A stretch of DNA of 60,939 nt, counting the filler. It is 9 parts of 9 records of this genome, joined end to end, with 100 filler letters (N's around TTAATTAATTAA, not from the genome) between each part and the next. Parts side by side here need not be neighbours in the genome. Positions count along the whole stretch, not along the records: positions 29,661 to 35,220 come from SRR31156797_60759; positions 35,321 to 41,776 come from SRR31156797_60781; 7 more parts are not named here. The stretch is one strand, 5' to 3'. Below, in pieces: positions 30,465 to 40,331 of the stretch; the stretch's first letter is position 1; every line of letters starts with the position of its first letter. The position numbers were made by a program, and so were the translations under genes. The notes beneath the pieces are model-generated. The model was not told the DNA's origin, ran no database searches, and was given only the letters and a program-made list of their open reading frames with translations.

Positions 30465-30480
30465 TGGCACGCGGTTTGCA
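30465..30480 (+). promoter_or_regulatory. sigma54 -24/-12 promoter of hsp20
   Basis: TGGCACGCGGTTTGCA matches TGGCACG-N4-TTGCW, about 90 nt upstream of the ATG. Confidence 0.85.
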
Positions 30481-30568
30481 TATTCATCGGGTGGAAACGC
30501 GCAAACGGTGGCGTCAGCTTCCGGGGATAATGTGGTGAAGAAAAAAGGTCTAAAAAGGAGGTAGAATT

Positions 30569-31012
30569 ATGGCACTGGTACAGTTTGGTAGAAGAAATGC
30601 GAATCCGTTGTCAAGACTCCACAACGAGGTGGACGATCTGTTCGATGGCTTCTTCCGGGGTCTCGACAAACCGTTGGCGGGCTACAAGGCCTGGCCGACG
30701 ATCGACGTGGCCGAGCAGGACGACGCGATCATCGTGCGGGCGGAAGTGGCCGGCTGCAAGCCCGAAGAGATCGACATCTCTGTATACGGCAACACGCTGA
30801 CCATCAGCGGCGAGAAGCAGCAGAAAAAGGAAGAGAAGGACAAGGGCTACTATCACATGGAGAGCACGTACGGGAGTTTTCGGCGGGAGATTACCCTGCC
30901 CACCGACGTGGACAACTCCAAGGTCCAGGCCACCTGTACCGACGGTGTGCTCTCGATCACGCTGCCCAAAGCCGAGGTGAGCAAGGCCGTGAAGGTCCAA
31001 GTCAAGAACTAA
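30569..31012 (+). CDS. Hsp20 / alpha-crystallin small heat-shock protein
   Basis: WPTIDVAE, LTISGEK, YGSFRREITLP, DGVLSITLPK; AGGAGG RBS. Confidence 0.95.
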   Translation: MALVQFGRRNANPLSRLHNEVDDLFDGFFRGLDKPLAGYKAWPTIDVAEQDDAIIVRAEVAGCKPEEIDISVYGNTLTISGEKQQKKEEKDKGYYHMESTYGSFRREITLPTDVDNSKVQATCTDGVLSITLPKAEVSKAVKVQVKN

Positions 31013-31039
31013 CACGGCTGCGACAACCTGGAAGCAACA

Positions 31040-31079
31040 AGGCCGCCTGTGCGACAGTGCAGGTGGCCTGTTCTCTTTT
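31040..31079 (+). terminator. Intrinsic terminator after hsp20
   Basis: AGGCCGCCTGTGC-gaca-GTGCAGGTGGCCT stem (with G-U pairs) then a pyrimidine tract. Confidence 0.65.
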
Positions 31080-31258
31080 CCGATTTCACAGAGCAGGGCC
31101 AACCGAGCACGACCACGGCGGGCACCCGGCGCAGAGCGAACGGAACACAGACGTACTAAGATAGCGGTCGCCTCGGTCGGGCAGGATCACGGCTTCACCA
31201 TCCGCCCGGCGTTGCCCCAGGGCGCTCGCGCCGACCGGTGCGGTTCACAGAGGATTGA

Positions 31259-33049
31259 CTACACCAACTCCGGGTCAGTCGTCACCTCGACCAGGCAGGG
31301 GCCCTCGTGCGCGAACGCCTGCTCCAGGGTCTGGTCCAGATCGCCCGGCTGCTTGACATGCAGACCCAGGGCGCCGCAGTTCTCGGCGTATCTGGCGAAA
31401 TCCGGGTTGTGCAGGGACGTTTCCCACACGGGCAGTTGGCTGGTGCGTTGTTCCGTGGAGATCTTGCCCAGTTCGCGATTGTTCAGCAGGATGTGGGTGA
31501 TGTTCATCTGGTACTTGACGGCGGTGCACAACTCGCCCATGTACTGGCCGAACCCGCCATCCCCCGTCACCGCCACGATCGGTCGGTCCGGAGCCGCGGC
31601 CCAGGCCCCCATGGCAGCGGGGTAGCCGAAGCCGATCGATCCGAGATAGCCCGACATGAGGATCGATTGCTGTTGGCATTCGAAGTAGCGACCGAACGAA
31701 TAGGTGTTGTTCCCCACGTCCACCGCGACGACCGCGTCCGCGGGCACGTGACGGCCGAGCGCCGCAAACAGAGCAGCGGAACTGAGCCCTTTGCCCTGAT
31801 CGACCGCGGCCCGGTTTTGTTTTTCCGTCCGCCACGTCTGCCACTTCTCGGCAATCTCCGCCCGGCGGTTCTGCCAGGGTCCCGCGTGGCCCCGCAGCGC
31901 GTCCAGGAACAGATGCGCCGTGGTGCCGATCTCGCCGTACACCGGGACGGTGACGGCGTGGAACTTGCCCAGAATCATGGGATCGTAGTCGACCTGAATG
32001 GTGGGGCGGTCGGGGGTGATACCGGTATGTTGAGAGAACGAGGCGCCGAAGACGAGCAAGAGATCGGAGGCGTTCATAAAGTGACTGGCGATCAGCGTTC
32101 CGCTGCGGCCGAGGACACCGCACGCCAGCGGATGGTCGTCACGGATCAGCCCTTTGCCCTTGAACGTGGTGATCACGGGGCAGCTCAGCGTCTCGGCGAG
32201 TGCGATAATCGCCTCCATCTGGAACCGCGCGCCATGTCCGACGATGATCACCGGCTGCTGGGCCGAGCGCAACAGTGCCACCGCCCGGTCCACCGACTCT
32301 CGCGGCGGCGCAATCTCCAGCGCCGTGCAGCGCCCTTCCGGGCCGGAGGCAGCCGCATCGTCCGGCGCAGGCAGCGTCTGCACCTCGTTCGGGAAGACCA
32401 GATGGGCGACGTCCCGTTTCAGGATCGCGTGCTTCAGCGCCAGCGTCATCAGCTCGGCATGGCGACTCGTGTTCAGGACCGTTTGACTCCAGGCCGCCAC
32501 CGAACGGAACGCCGCGGCCAGATCGACCTCCTGGAACGCGCCCGGACCGAGGACTTGCGTGTCCACTTGGCCGGTCAAGGCCAGGATGGGAACGCGGTCC
32601 ATGCGGGCATCCCACAAACCCGTCAGAAGGTTGGTCGCGCCGGGCCCGGCGATACTCAGGCAGGCTGCCGGTCGGCCCGTGAGTTTGGCGTACGCCGAAG
32701 CGGCAAACGCGGCCGCACCTTCGTGCCGTACACCGATGAAGGCCAGGTCGCCCTGTTTCTGCCGTCGCCGAATCGCTTCGGCCAGTCCGAGATTCGAATG
32801 CCCGACCATGCCAAACACGTGCGTCACACCCCAGTTGATCATGGTTTCGACCATGACGTCGGAGACCGTCCGCACCCGGGGCGATTCTCCCTCGACGGCG
32901 GGCTGGGCCGGTTTCGGCTGGGTCGACTCAACCGGCTCGAACTCGGAGGCCGGTGCCCCACACAGGGGGCACGCCTCCGGCGGTTCCGATCCTTGATGGA
33001 TATAGCCGCACACACTGCAACGCCATTGTTTGCCGGCCGTCTCAGACAT
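31259..33049 (-). CDS. ThDP-dependent pyruvate oxidase-like enzyme with an N-terminal rubredoxin-like domain
   Basis: WRCSVCGY...CPLCG; VRHEGAAAF, GPGATN and GDGG...NN ThDP motifs. Confidence 0.88.
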   Translation of the reverse strand: MSETAGKQWRCSVCGYIHQGSEPPEACPLCGAPASEFEPVESTQPKPAQPAVEGESPRVRTVSDVMVETMINWGVTHVFGMVGHSNLGLAEAIRRRQKQGDLAFIGVRHEGAAAFAASAYAKLTGRPAACLSIAGPGATNLLTGLWDARMDRVPILALTGQVDTQVLGPGAFQEVDLAAAFRSVAAWSQTVLNTSRHAELMTLALKHAILKRDVAHLVFPNEVQTLPAPDDAAASGPEGRCTALEIAPPRESVDRAVALLRSAQQPVIIVGHGARFQMEAIIALAETLSCPVITTFKGKGLIRDDHPLACGVLGRSGTLIASHFMNASDLLLVFGASFSQHTGITPDRPTIQVDYDPMILGKFHAVTVPVYGEIGTTAHLFLDALRGHAGPWQNRRAEIAEKWQTWRTEKQNRAAVDQGKGLSSAALFAALGRHVPADAVVAVDVGNNTYSFGRYFECQQQSILMSGYLGSIGFGYPAAMGAWAAAPDRPIVAVTGDGGFGQYMGELCTAVKYQMNITHILLNNRELGKISTEQRTSQLPVWETSLHNPDFARYAENCGALGLHVKQPGDLDQTLEQAFAHEGPCLVEVTTDPELV

Positions 33050-33084
33050 AACCTATCCCCTCGTCTTCTTCACCTGCACTCGAC

Positions 33085-33585
33085 CTACTTGACCTCGAAG
33101 AAGCGATCCTTCGGCACGTTGCAGACCGGGCAGTTATCCGGCGCCTCTCCGATGACGGTGTTGCCACAAACCGGACAGACGTAAATCTTGGCCGCCGGCA
33201 GGTCCGACCCCGCCTTGACGGCGTTCAGGGCTTCGCTGTACAGGTTGTGATGGATCTCTTCGACGGCCAGTGCGTTCTTGAACGAGAACATGGCGGGCTT
33301 GTTGTCTTCCTTTTCCGCCTCGGCCAGGAAATCCGGATACATCGTCTTGAACTCGTAGCCTTCGCCGTCGACGGCCGTCTGGAGATTCTCGGCCGTACTC
33401 TTGATGCCGCCCAGGACACGCAGGTGCGCGTGGGCATGGATCGTCTCGGCGTCGGCGGCCGCCCGAAACAGCTTGGCCACCTGGGTCAGCCCGTCGTCTT
33501 CCGCCTTCTTGGCAAACGCCAGATAGGTGCGGTTGGCCTGGCTCTCTCCTGCGAAGGCCGCCTGTAGATTGTCGCTTGTTGCCAT
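33085..33585 (-). CDS. rbr: Rubrerythrin
   Basis: AFAGESQAN, AETIHA, GEGYE...MYP, VEEIH; C-terminal CPVCG...CPVC. Confidence 0.93.
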   Translation of the reverse strand: MATSDNLQAAFAGESQANRTYLAFAKKAEDDGLTQVAKLFRAAADAETIHAHAHLRVLGGIKSTAENLQTAVDGEGYEFKTMYPDFLAEAEKEDNKPAMFSFKNALAVEEIHHNLYSEALNAVKAGSDLPAAKIYVCPVCGNTVIGEAPDNCPVCNVPKDRFFEVK

Positions 33586-33612
33586 GGTAACATTCTCCTT
33601 TCTGTGGTTGAA

Positions 33613-35028
33613 TCAAACGTGATCGATCGGTGTGTATTCCGATATTTCTGAATTCGCTGTGCAAAGGTCCTCCGGCGACAGCCCGTGCACGCTGTCCTTA
33701 CCGGTCAGCCGGGCGAAATCCTTGAGCTCTTCCGTGCAGACCTTGAGGTAGTTCTCCAGCCGCTTCGCCGACAGATCCACGTCCAGCCGGGACCGCAGCT
33801 CCGGGTCCTGCGTCGTGATCCCCACGGGGCAGTTGCCCGTGTCGCAGATACGGTACTGTTGGCAGCCGATGGCCATCAGAGCCGCTGTCGCCAGCGCGAT
33901 TGCGTCGGCGCCCAGGGCCAGGGCCTTGGCGAAGTCGGCCGAGACGCGCAGCCCTCCGGTGATGATCAGCGACACGCTGCTCGCCTCTTGCTCATCCAGG
34001 AACCGCCGGGCTCGACACAGGGCGAAGATGGTGGGCACGGAGGTGGCTGCCTTGACGAACTTCAGGGCCGCGCCGGTGGCCCCGGCGCGCCCGTCGATGG
34101 TGACAAAATCCGGCCCGGCCGACAGCGCCACCTTCATGTCGGCTTCGATGTGGCCGGCCGCCAGTTTGATGCCGATCGGTTTGCCGCCGGTCTTCTCGCG
34201 CAGCTCGTCGACGGTGCGCTTGAGGTCCTCGGCCGAACGGATGTCGGTGAAGCGTGACGGGCTGATGATAGCCTGGCCTTCCGCCCGGCCCCGAATCTCA
34301 GCGACCTCGCGGGTGACTTTCTTGCCCGGCAGATGCCCCCCCATGCCCGGCTTGGCCGACTGGCCGATTTTGATTTCGACGGCGTCGACCGCGCGCAGGT
34401 GTTCTTCGGTGACGCTGTACCTGTTCGGCACATACTCGAAGATGTACTTGTGCGACGCTTTCAACGCCTCCGGCAGAATGCCGCCTTCGCCGGAGCCCAT
34501 CGCCGTTTGCGCTGCGGCGCTGCCCCTGGCCAGGGCCAACTGCGCTTCGCGCGACAAGGCTCCGAACGACATGTGCGAGACAAACAGCGGCGTCTCGATC
34601 ACCAGCGGATGGTCGGCCTTCGGCCCGATGACCGTCTGTGCATTGACGGGCTCATCCTCGTTCAGCGGCACCGTGGCCAACTGGGCCCCCTTGATGAGTA
34701 TCTCGTCCCAGGAGACGGTCTGGATCTGCGTTCGCATCGGCTCGACGATCGAAGCACCGCTCTCGGCCATCCGGTGGATCGCGTTCATGTATCCCTCCAC
34801 CGCGTCGGTCGGCCGGTTCCACCGCTTCAGGTACGCGTCCTGATCGATCCCCACCGACTCGAGTGTCGCAGCCGCGGGTTCCGCTTCCGCATCCGCCACC
34901 AGAAAGAACTCGGACTTGGGCGACCCGCACACCGGACACGTCCAGTCGTCGGGCAGCTCGTCCCACGGGGTCCCTTCCTTCTCCTCGTCGTAGAGGTACG
35001 AACAGAGCCCACACTGGTACACTGCCAT
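33613..35028 (-). CDS. Rubredoxin-fused glutamate-synthase-like FMN protein
   Basis: [11 protein letters not shown]...[49 protein letters not shown]; start MAVYQ behind AAGGA. Confidence 0.88.
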   Translation of the reverse strand: MAVYQCGLCSYLYDEEKEGTPWDELPDDWTCPVCGSPKSEFFLVADAEAEPAAATLESVGIDQDAYLKRWNRPTDAVEGYMNAIHRMAESGASIVEPMRTQIQTVSWDEILIKGAQLATVPLNEDEPVNAQTVIGPKADHPLVIETPLFVSHMSFGALSREAQLALARGSAAAQTAMGSGEGGILPEALKASHKYIFEYVPNRYSVTEEHLRAVDAVEIKIGQSAKPGMGGHLPGKKVTREVAEIRGRAEGQAIISPSRFTDIRSAEDLKRTVDELREKTGGKPIGIKLAAGHIEADMKVALSAGPDFVTIDGRAGATGAALKFVKAATSVPTIFALCRARRFLDEQEASSVSLIITGGLRVSADFAKALALGADAIALATAALMAIGCQQYRICDTGNCPVGITTQDPELRSRLDVDLSAKRLENYLKVCTEELKDFARLTGKDSVHGLSPEDLCTANSEISEYTPIDHV

Positions 35029-35220
35029 AGCACTTGTCCTTTCTTTCGTTGCCCGGTCTCGTTCACAGCGGCGGTCACTACGTCTTGTCCTTTGCCCCGC
35101 GCGACTGACCGCCTCGGCATTTGTCACACAGCCCCTCCACCGTCACCCGTACGCCCGTCACCTCGCAACGGCGTCGAATCTCCTCCGGAACCCGCAGCGC
35201 ATCGTACTGCGGATCGGTGA

Positions 35221-35320
35221 NNNNNNNNNNNNNNNNNNNNNNNNNNNNNNNNNNNNNNNNNNNNTTAATTAATTAANNNNNNNNNNNNNNNNNNNNNNNN
35301 NNNNNNNNNNNNNNNNNNNN
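35221..35320. other. Artificial contig spacer
   Basis: N44-TTAATTAATTAA-N44. Confidence 0.99.
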
Positions 35321-36328
35321 CATTTTGCCCGACTGGATGGCCCGGGCTATATTCGCAAACGGCGAGAGCGTATCCCCGCCGGCGATATCGCTGCCGAGCC
35401 CGACGGTAATGCCCTCGTCGAGATATTTCCGCGTGTGCATCACGCCGCTGTATAGATTGAGGTTTGACGCGGGGCAGTGCGCGGCGAGAATCCCCCGTTC
35501 GCGCATGAGCCGGCGCTCCTTTTCCGTCGTATGAATGCAGTGGGCCATCATCGTCTTGTGTGTCCCGAACAGGCCGAATTTGTCGTAAACGCTGCCGAAA
35601 TCCTCCTCATCGGGATAAAGCTCCTTACAAAACGCCACTTCCGTCCGGTTTTCCGACAGATGGGCCTGCACGGGCAGGTCATACCGATCAGCCAGCCGGC
35701 CAATGGCCTTCATGAGCCTGGCCGAGCAGATAATATTGATCGTCGGCGTTAATATCGGCTTGACGAGCTCGCTGAGGCCAATCGTTTTCTCCAGCCACAG
35801 CTCCGTCTCCCGGATGGACGTGTCGGTGTCCTCCATAAAATGCGGCTGGCCGCAGTTGCAATCCTGATTGACCTTGCCGACGTACGCGCCGAGCCCGGCC
35901 TTGATATACAGCTCCATTAAAAGGACGGTGGCGTCCTTATGCGTCGTTGCCATGGCGATGGAGCGCGTCACGCCGTGATTCCACAGCTCCTGTATATACC
36001 AGCCGTACACGCGCCGGGCGTAGTCCAGATCGGAAAAACGCTGCTCCTGCTTATAGGTATACGTATCCAGCCACGGCAGAAGCTCCATGTCGTAGCCGAG
36101 CCCGATATTGGGCAGCTGACAGGGATGTACATGCGCGTCCACAAAGCCCGGCACGATAAGGTTATTGCCGAAATCGACGACTTCGGCGTCCTGATACGCC
36201 GCCGGCAGCGCCGGCGTGGCCGCCACGACGGCTGCCCCGTCCACAACGATATAACCATTTTCTATAAACTCAAAGCTGTCCGCTGATTTCGTGTAGGCTA
36301 TTTGTCCTTTATAAGCTTTTATCGCCAT
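35321..36328 (-). CDS. guaD: Guanine deaminase-like amidohydrolase (3' truncated)
   Basis: PGFVDAHVHPCQ, LLPWLDTYTY, HLSEN, HCPASNLNL, GSDIAGG. Confidence 0.75.
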
Positions 36329-36344
36329 CGGCTATTCCCCTTTC

Positions 36345-38903
36345 TTACTTCTTACGGCTGTACGGCGTGTCTTTAAGCGGCAGGGCCGTACGGAATTTTC
36401 CGTCGTAATTGTAATAGGCAAGCTGGACGGCGGGTGCTGTCGGGATGGAGCTGATCTCGCCGATGCCCTTGGCCCCGAACGCCAGTTCCGAATCGTTTTT
36501 CTCAATCAAAACGATATCAATATCCGGCACCTGGGTGGATTTAAACAGGCCCAGCGTACCGTATTTGGCCTTCGGCTTGCCGTGATCCAGCGGGAAATCC
36601 TCCGTCAGCGCGTAACCGAGGCTCATCGTAACGCCGCCCTCAATCTGGCCCTCCAGGTTTTTGGGGTTAATTGCACGCCCTGAATCATGCACGGCGACGG
36701 CCCTTTTGACATAACCGGCTTCGTCCAGCTCAACCAGCTGTGTCGCGTAGCTGTAGACGATATGGCTGACGGGGTTCGGCACATCGGCGCCCATCTTGTC
36801 GGTCACACCGAGATATTCGCCGTAAAACTCGCGGCCATTCAACTCGTCAAGTGTTGAGCCGGCCAGCGCCTCCTTCAGCTCCAAGGCCGCGACCCGGGAC
36901 GCTTCGCCTGTAAAAACGGTCTGACGCGATGCTGTGGTATTGCCCGAGTCAGGCGCGATGGCCGTGTCCGGCGCGTCGTATACGATATCGTCCAGGTCAA
37001 GGCCCGAGGCGGTACACACCATCTGCGTTAAAATCGTCCCAAGGCCCTGGCCGATGCAGGCCGCGCTCGAGCGAATGTGCACCTTGCCGTCCATGACGAC
37101 GAGGCGGCACCGGCCAACATCCGGGATACCGACGCCGAGCCCGGCGTTTTTCATGGCGCAGGCGATACCCATCTTTGGATTTTGCTCATAAATGTCCCGT
37201 ACGGCCTCAAGGGTCTCGGCCATCGCCGTCGAGTCGTCGGCGATCTGCCCGTTGGGCAGCACCTGCCCGGGCCGGATGGCGTTTCTGTAGCGGATCTCCC
37301 AGGGCGAAATGCCCACAAGCTCCGCCAGCTGATTAAGATTGCTTTCCGCACCGAAGCAGCTTTGCGTCACGCCGAAGCCCCGGTATGCGCCACCCGGCGG
37401 ATTATTCGTATAAACGGCTGTGCCGGTAATCTCCATGTTCTGATAATTATACGGGCCGGCCGCGTGAGTGCACGCGCGCTGAATAACCGGTATCCCCAGC
37501 GACGCATATGCGCCCGTATCGGATGTCAGCACCGCTTTCATAGCCGTCAGGTAGCCGTTTTCATCGCAGGCGGTGGTGATGTCCATCTCGAATGCGTGGC
37601 GTTTGGGGTGCACCTGCAGGCTTTCCACGCGCGTCAGCGATACCTTGACGGGCTTTTTAAGATGATAGGCCAAAAGCGCCGCGTGATGCTGTACGCTCAT
37701 ATCCTCCTTGCCGCCGAAGCCTCCGCCGACCATTTTAGCGATAACACGGACCTTGTCCTCCGGCAGGCCGAGCATCAGCGCGCACTCTTCCCGTGTTTGA
37801 TAAATGCCCTGACAGCTGCTGTAGACGATAACCGTGCCGTCGTCTTCCGTCATGGCAACAGACGATTCCGGCTCTAAAAACGCGTGGTCTGTAAACGGCG
37901 TGGAATAATGGTTCGTCACAACGTATTTGGAATTTTTAATCAGGCCGTCCGGGTCACCGCGCAGCACGTGCTGCACCGACAGGACGTTGCCGCCCTCGTG
38001 GATCAGCGGCGCACCGTCTGCCAGCGACTCTTCCGGGGAAAAGCTGCCGGTCAGCTCCTCGTATTCAACCTCGACAAGCGCCTTGGCTTCCTCCAGAATT
38101 TCTTTTGTCTCGGCCGCCACAAGGGCTATGGCATCGCCCAGATACCGTGTGATCCCGCCGACGGAAATCATGACGTCCCAATCGTGCAGGAGATGGCCGA
38201 TTTTCTTGCTGCCGGGCACATCGTCGGATGTTAATACGGCCAAAACGCCCGGAAGCGCCTTTGCCTTGTCGGTATTAATGCGCAGCACCCGGGCGCGCGG
38301 ATATTTCGACCGGACAGCCGAGCCGAAGACGAGGCCTTCCGGCCGCATATCGTCCACATACTCGGCGCTGCCCTTCACTTTGGCCGCGCCGTCAATACGG
38401 TCAAAGCGCTCGCCGACGCTACCCGCGGCATGCTCACTGGGGACAGCCTGCCCGGTTTTGAAAAACTCGGCGGCCATCAGTATGGCTTCTTCTATCTTTT
38501 TATAGCCGGTACAGCGGCATATATTATTGCGGATGGCGTGCTTAACGTCCTTACGTTCTGGCGACGGGTTTTGATCCAGCAGCCCCTTGGCGCTGATGAC
38601 CATGCCGGGCGTGCAAAAGCCGCACTGGACGGCCCCTGCTTTTGAAAAACAGTAGGCGTAAACCTCCTGCTCACGTTCGGTGAGGCCCTCGACGGTGACG
38701 ATGCTCTTCCCTTCCAGCTTGTCCGTGCGCAAAACGCAGGCCTTCGTCGCCACGCCGTCGGCCAGTACCATGCAGGTGCCGCACGCGCCCTCGCTGCAGC
38801 CGTTTTTGACGGACGTCAGCTGCAGCGTGTCGCGCAGATAATCCAAAAGCTTTTCATTTTTACCCGTTGTTACGGTTTTCCCGTTTACTGTAAAGGTTGA
38901 CAT
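36345..38903 (-). CDS. xdh: Xanthine dehydrogenase of the selenium-dependent clostridial type (2Fe-2S plus Mo domains)
   Basis: GCSEGACGTC, QCGFCTPG, CRCTGY, GGGFGGKED, YRGFG, TTASRQT, GAKGIGE; no FAD domain; ssnA context. Confidence 0.88.
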   Translation of the reverse strand: MSTFTVNGKTVTTGKNEKLLDYLRDTLQLTSVKNGCSEGACGTCMVLADGVATKACVLRTDKLEGKSIVTVEGLTEREQEVYAYCFSKAGAVQCGFCTPGMVISAKGLLDQNPSPERKDVKHAIRNNICRCTGYKKIEEAILMAAEFFKTGQAVPSEHAAGSVGERFDRIDGAAKVKGSAEYVDDMRPEGLVFGSAVRSKYPRARVLRINTDKAKALPGVLAVLTSDDVPGSKKIGHLLHDWDVMISVGGITRYLGDAIALVAAETKEILEEAKALVEVEYEELTGSFSPEESLADGAPLIHEGGNVLSVQHVLRGDPDGLIKNSKYVVTNHYSTPFTDHAFLEPESSVAMTEDDGTVIVYSSCQGIYQTREECALMLGLPEDKVRVIAKMVGGGFGGKEDMSVQHHAALLAYHLKKPVKVSLTRVESLQVHPKRHAFEMDITTACDENGYLTAMKAVLTSDTGAYASLGIPVIQRACTHAAGPYNYQNMEITGTAVYTNNPPGGAYRGFGVTQSCFGAESNLNQLAELVGISPWEIRYRNAIRPGQVLPNGQIADDSTAMAETLEAVRDIYEQNPKMGIACAMKNAGLGVGIPDVGRCRLVVMDGKVHIRSSAACIGQGLGTILTQMVCTASGLDLDDIVYDAPDTAIAPDSGNTTASRQTVFTGEASRVAALELKEALAGSTLDELNGREFYGEYLGVTDKMGADVPNPVSHIVYSYATQLVELDEAGYVKRAVAVHDSGRAINPKNLEGQIEGGVTMSLGYALTEDFPLDHGKPKAKYGTLGLFKSTQVPDIDIVLIEKNDSELAFGAKGIGEISSIPTAPAVQLAYYNYDGKFRTALPLKDTPYSRKK

Positions 38904-38919
38904 ATGGTTTCTCCTCTTA

Positions 38920-40314
38920 CTATTTTACGGCTTTATGCCGGTAAAAATCACAGTGTGTCCGCGCGACGAAGCGGCCGCCGTCCGCCTTTATTAACCGACC
39001 GTTTTCAACAACGGGACTGCCGCGCAGCAGCACATGCTCCGCCCGTCCTTTAATCTCAAGCCCTTCAAAGGGTGAATAATCGGTGCGGTGCGCCAGTCTG
39101 TCGGCGCTGATCGCGTCTGAAAATTCGGGATTCCAGATGACAATATCCGCGTCGCCGCCGGGCTGTATAGCGCCCTTTTTCGGATACATCCCGAAAAGCC
39201 TGGCGGTATTTTCGGATAAAAGCGCCGCCATCGCCTCCAAAGACAGCTTGCCGGCACATACGCCGTAGGTGTACAAGAGCGACGGACGGTTCTGTACGCC
39301 GGGCAGGCCGTTGGGAATGGATGCAAAATCGCCGGCGTTGGGCGCTTTCTCCTCGGCGTAGCGAAAGCTGCAGTGATCCGTCCCGATGGTGTCGATCTGT
39401 CCGTCGGCAATCCCGTCCCAAAGCGCTTTTTGATCTTTAAGGCTTCGGATCGGTGGCGAGCAGACGTATTTAGAAGCCTCCGCTCCCGGCTTTTCGTAAA
39501 CAGATTCATCCAGCAAGAGATACTGCGGACAGGTTTCGGCGTAAACCGCCCGTCCCTTCTCACGGGCGGCGCGGACAATCGCCAGCCCCTCCTGTGTACT
39601 GATATGTACGATATTAACCGGTACGTCCGCCAGCTCCGCAATAGTAATAAGCCTGTTAATCGCCTCGGCCTCAACGGCGTTGGGCCGCGAGAGCGGATGA
39701 TATTTGGCTGAAAAGCCGCCCTGTGCCTTTTGCTCCGCGATACCGACCGTGACGAGATCGCCGTTTTCGCAGTGGACGCCGACGATGCCGCCGATTTCTC
39801 CCACTGCCTTAAGCACTTCATAAATCGCCGCGTCCGTAAGCCGCAGCGCGTCGTAAGCCATATACACCTTAAAGGATGTTACGCCTTGATCCCGCATGAC
39901 CGGAATTTCCGCCGCAACGCTTTCATTCCAGTCCGTAATGGCCATATGAAAGCCGTAATCGCACGCGCTTTTCCCGGCCGCTTTACCTGTCCACGTCTCA
40001 AGCGCGTCCGAAAGCGTACCGCCTTTATCCTGTGTGGCAAAGTCCAGAACCGTCGTCGTTCCGCCGAGGACGGCGGCCGCCGTCCCGCTTTCAAAGTCGT
40101 CGGCGGTGTGAAACGCTCCGGCGTCCATATCAAAATGCGTGTGGCTGTCAATGAACCCGGGGAACAAGAGCATCCCCGAAGCGTCGATCACCTTCTCGCC
40201 TGACGGGTCTATGATGGGTGAAACAGCTTCGATCAAGCCGTTTTTAATCCGTACGTCGGCCGGCGTACAGCCGCCCGGTGAAACAACAACGCCGTTTTTA
40301 ATGAGAATATCCAA
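38920..40314 (-). CDS. hydA: Dihydropyrimidinase / hydantoinase
   Basis: PGFIDSHTH, SFKVYMAY, HCENG, ETCPQYL, TDHC. Confidence 0.9.
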   Translation of the reverse strand: MDILIKNGVVVSPGGCTPADVRIKNGLIEAVSPIIDPSGEKVIDASGMLLFPGFIDSHTHFDMDAGAFHTADDFESGTAAAVLGGTTTVLDFATQDKGGTLSDALETWTGKAAGKSACDYGFHMAITDWNESVAAEIPVMRDQGVTSFKVYMAYDALRLTDAAIYEVLKAVGEIGGIVGVHCENGDLVTVGIAEQKAQGGFSAKYHPLSRPNAVEAEAINRLITIAELADVPVNIVHISTQEGLAIVRAAREKGRAVYAETCPQYLLLDESVYEKPGAEASKYVCSPPIRSLKDQKALWDGIADGQIDTIGTDHCSFRYAEEKAPNAGDFASIPNGLPGVQNRPSLLYTYGVCAGKLSLEAMAALLSENTARLFGMYPKKGAIQPGGDADIVIWNPEFSDAISADRLAHRTDYSPFEGLEIKGRAEHVLLRGSPVVENGRLIKADGGRFVARTHCDFYRHKAVK

Positions 40315-40331
40315 CTAGCACCCTCCGTTTG

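Noticed and set aside
31307-33184. 625-aa plus-strand ORF
   Set aside because: Antisense shadow of the GC-rich ThDP enzyme gene; no motifs
36345-38903. Selenocysteine recoding in xdh
   Set aside because: The ORF is uninterrupted; no in-frame TGA
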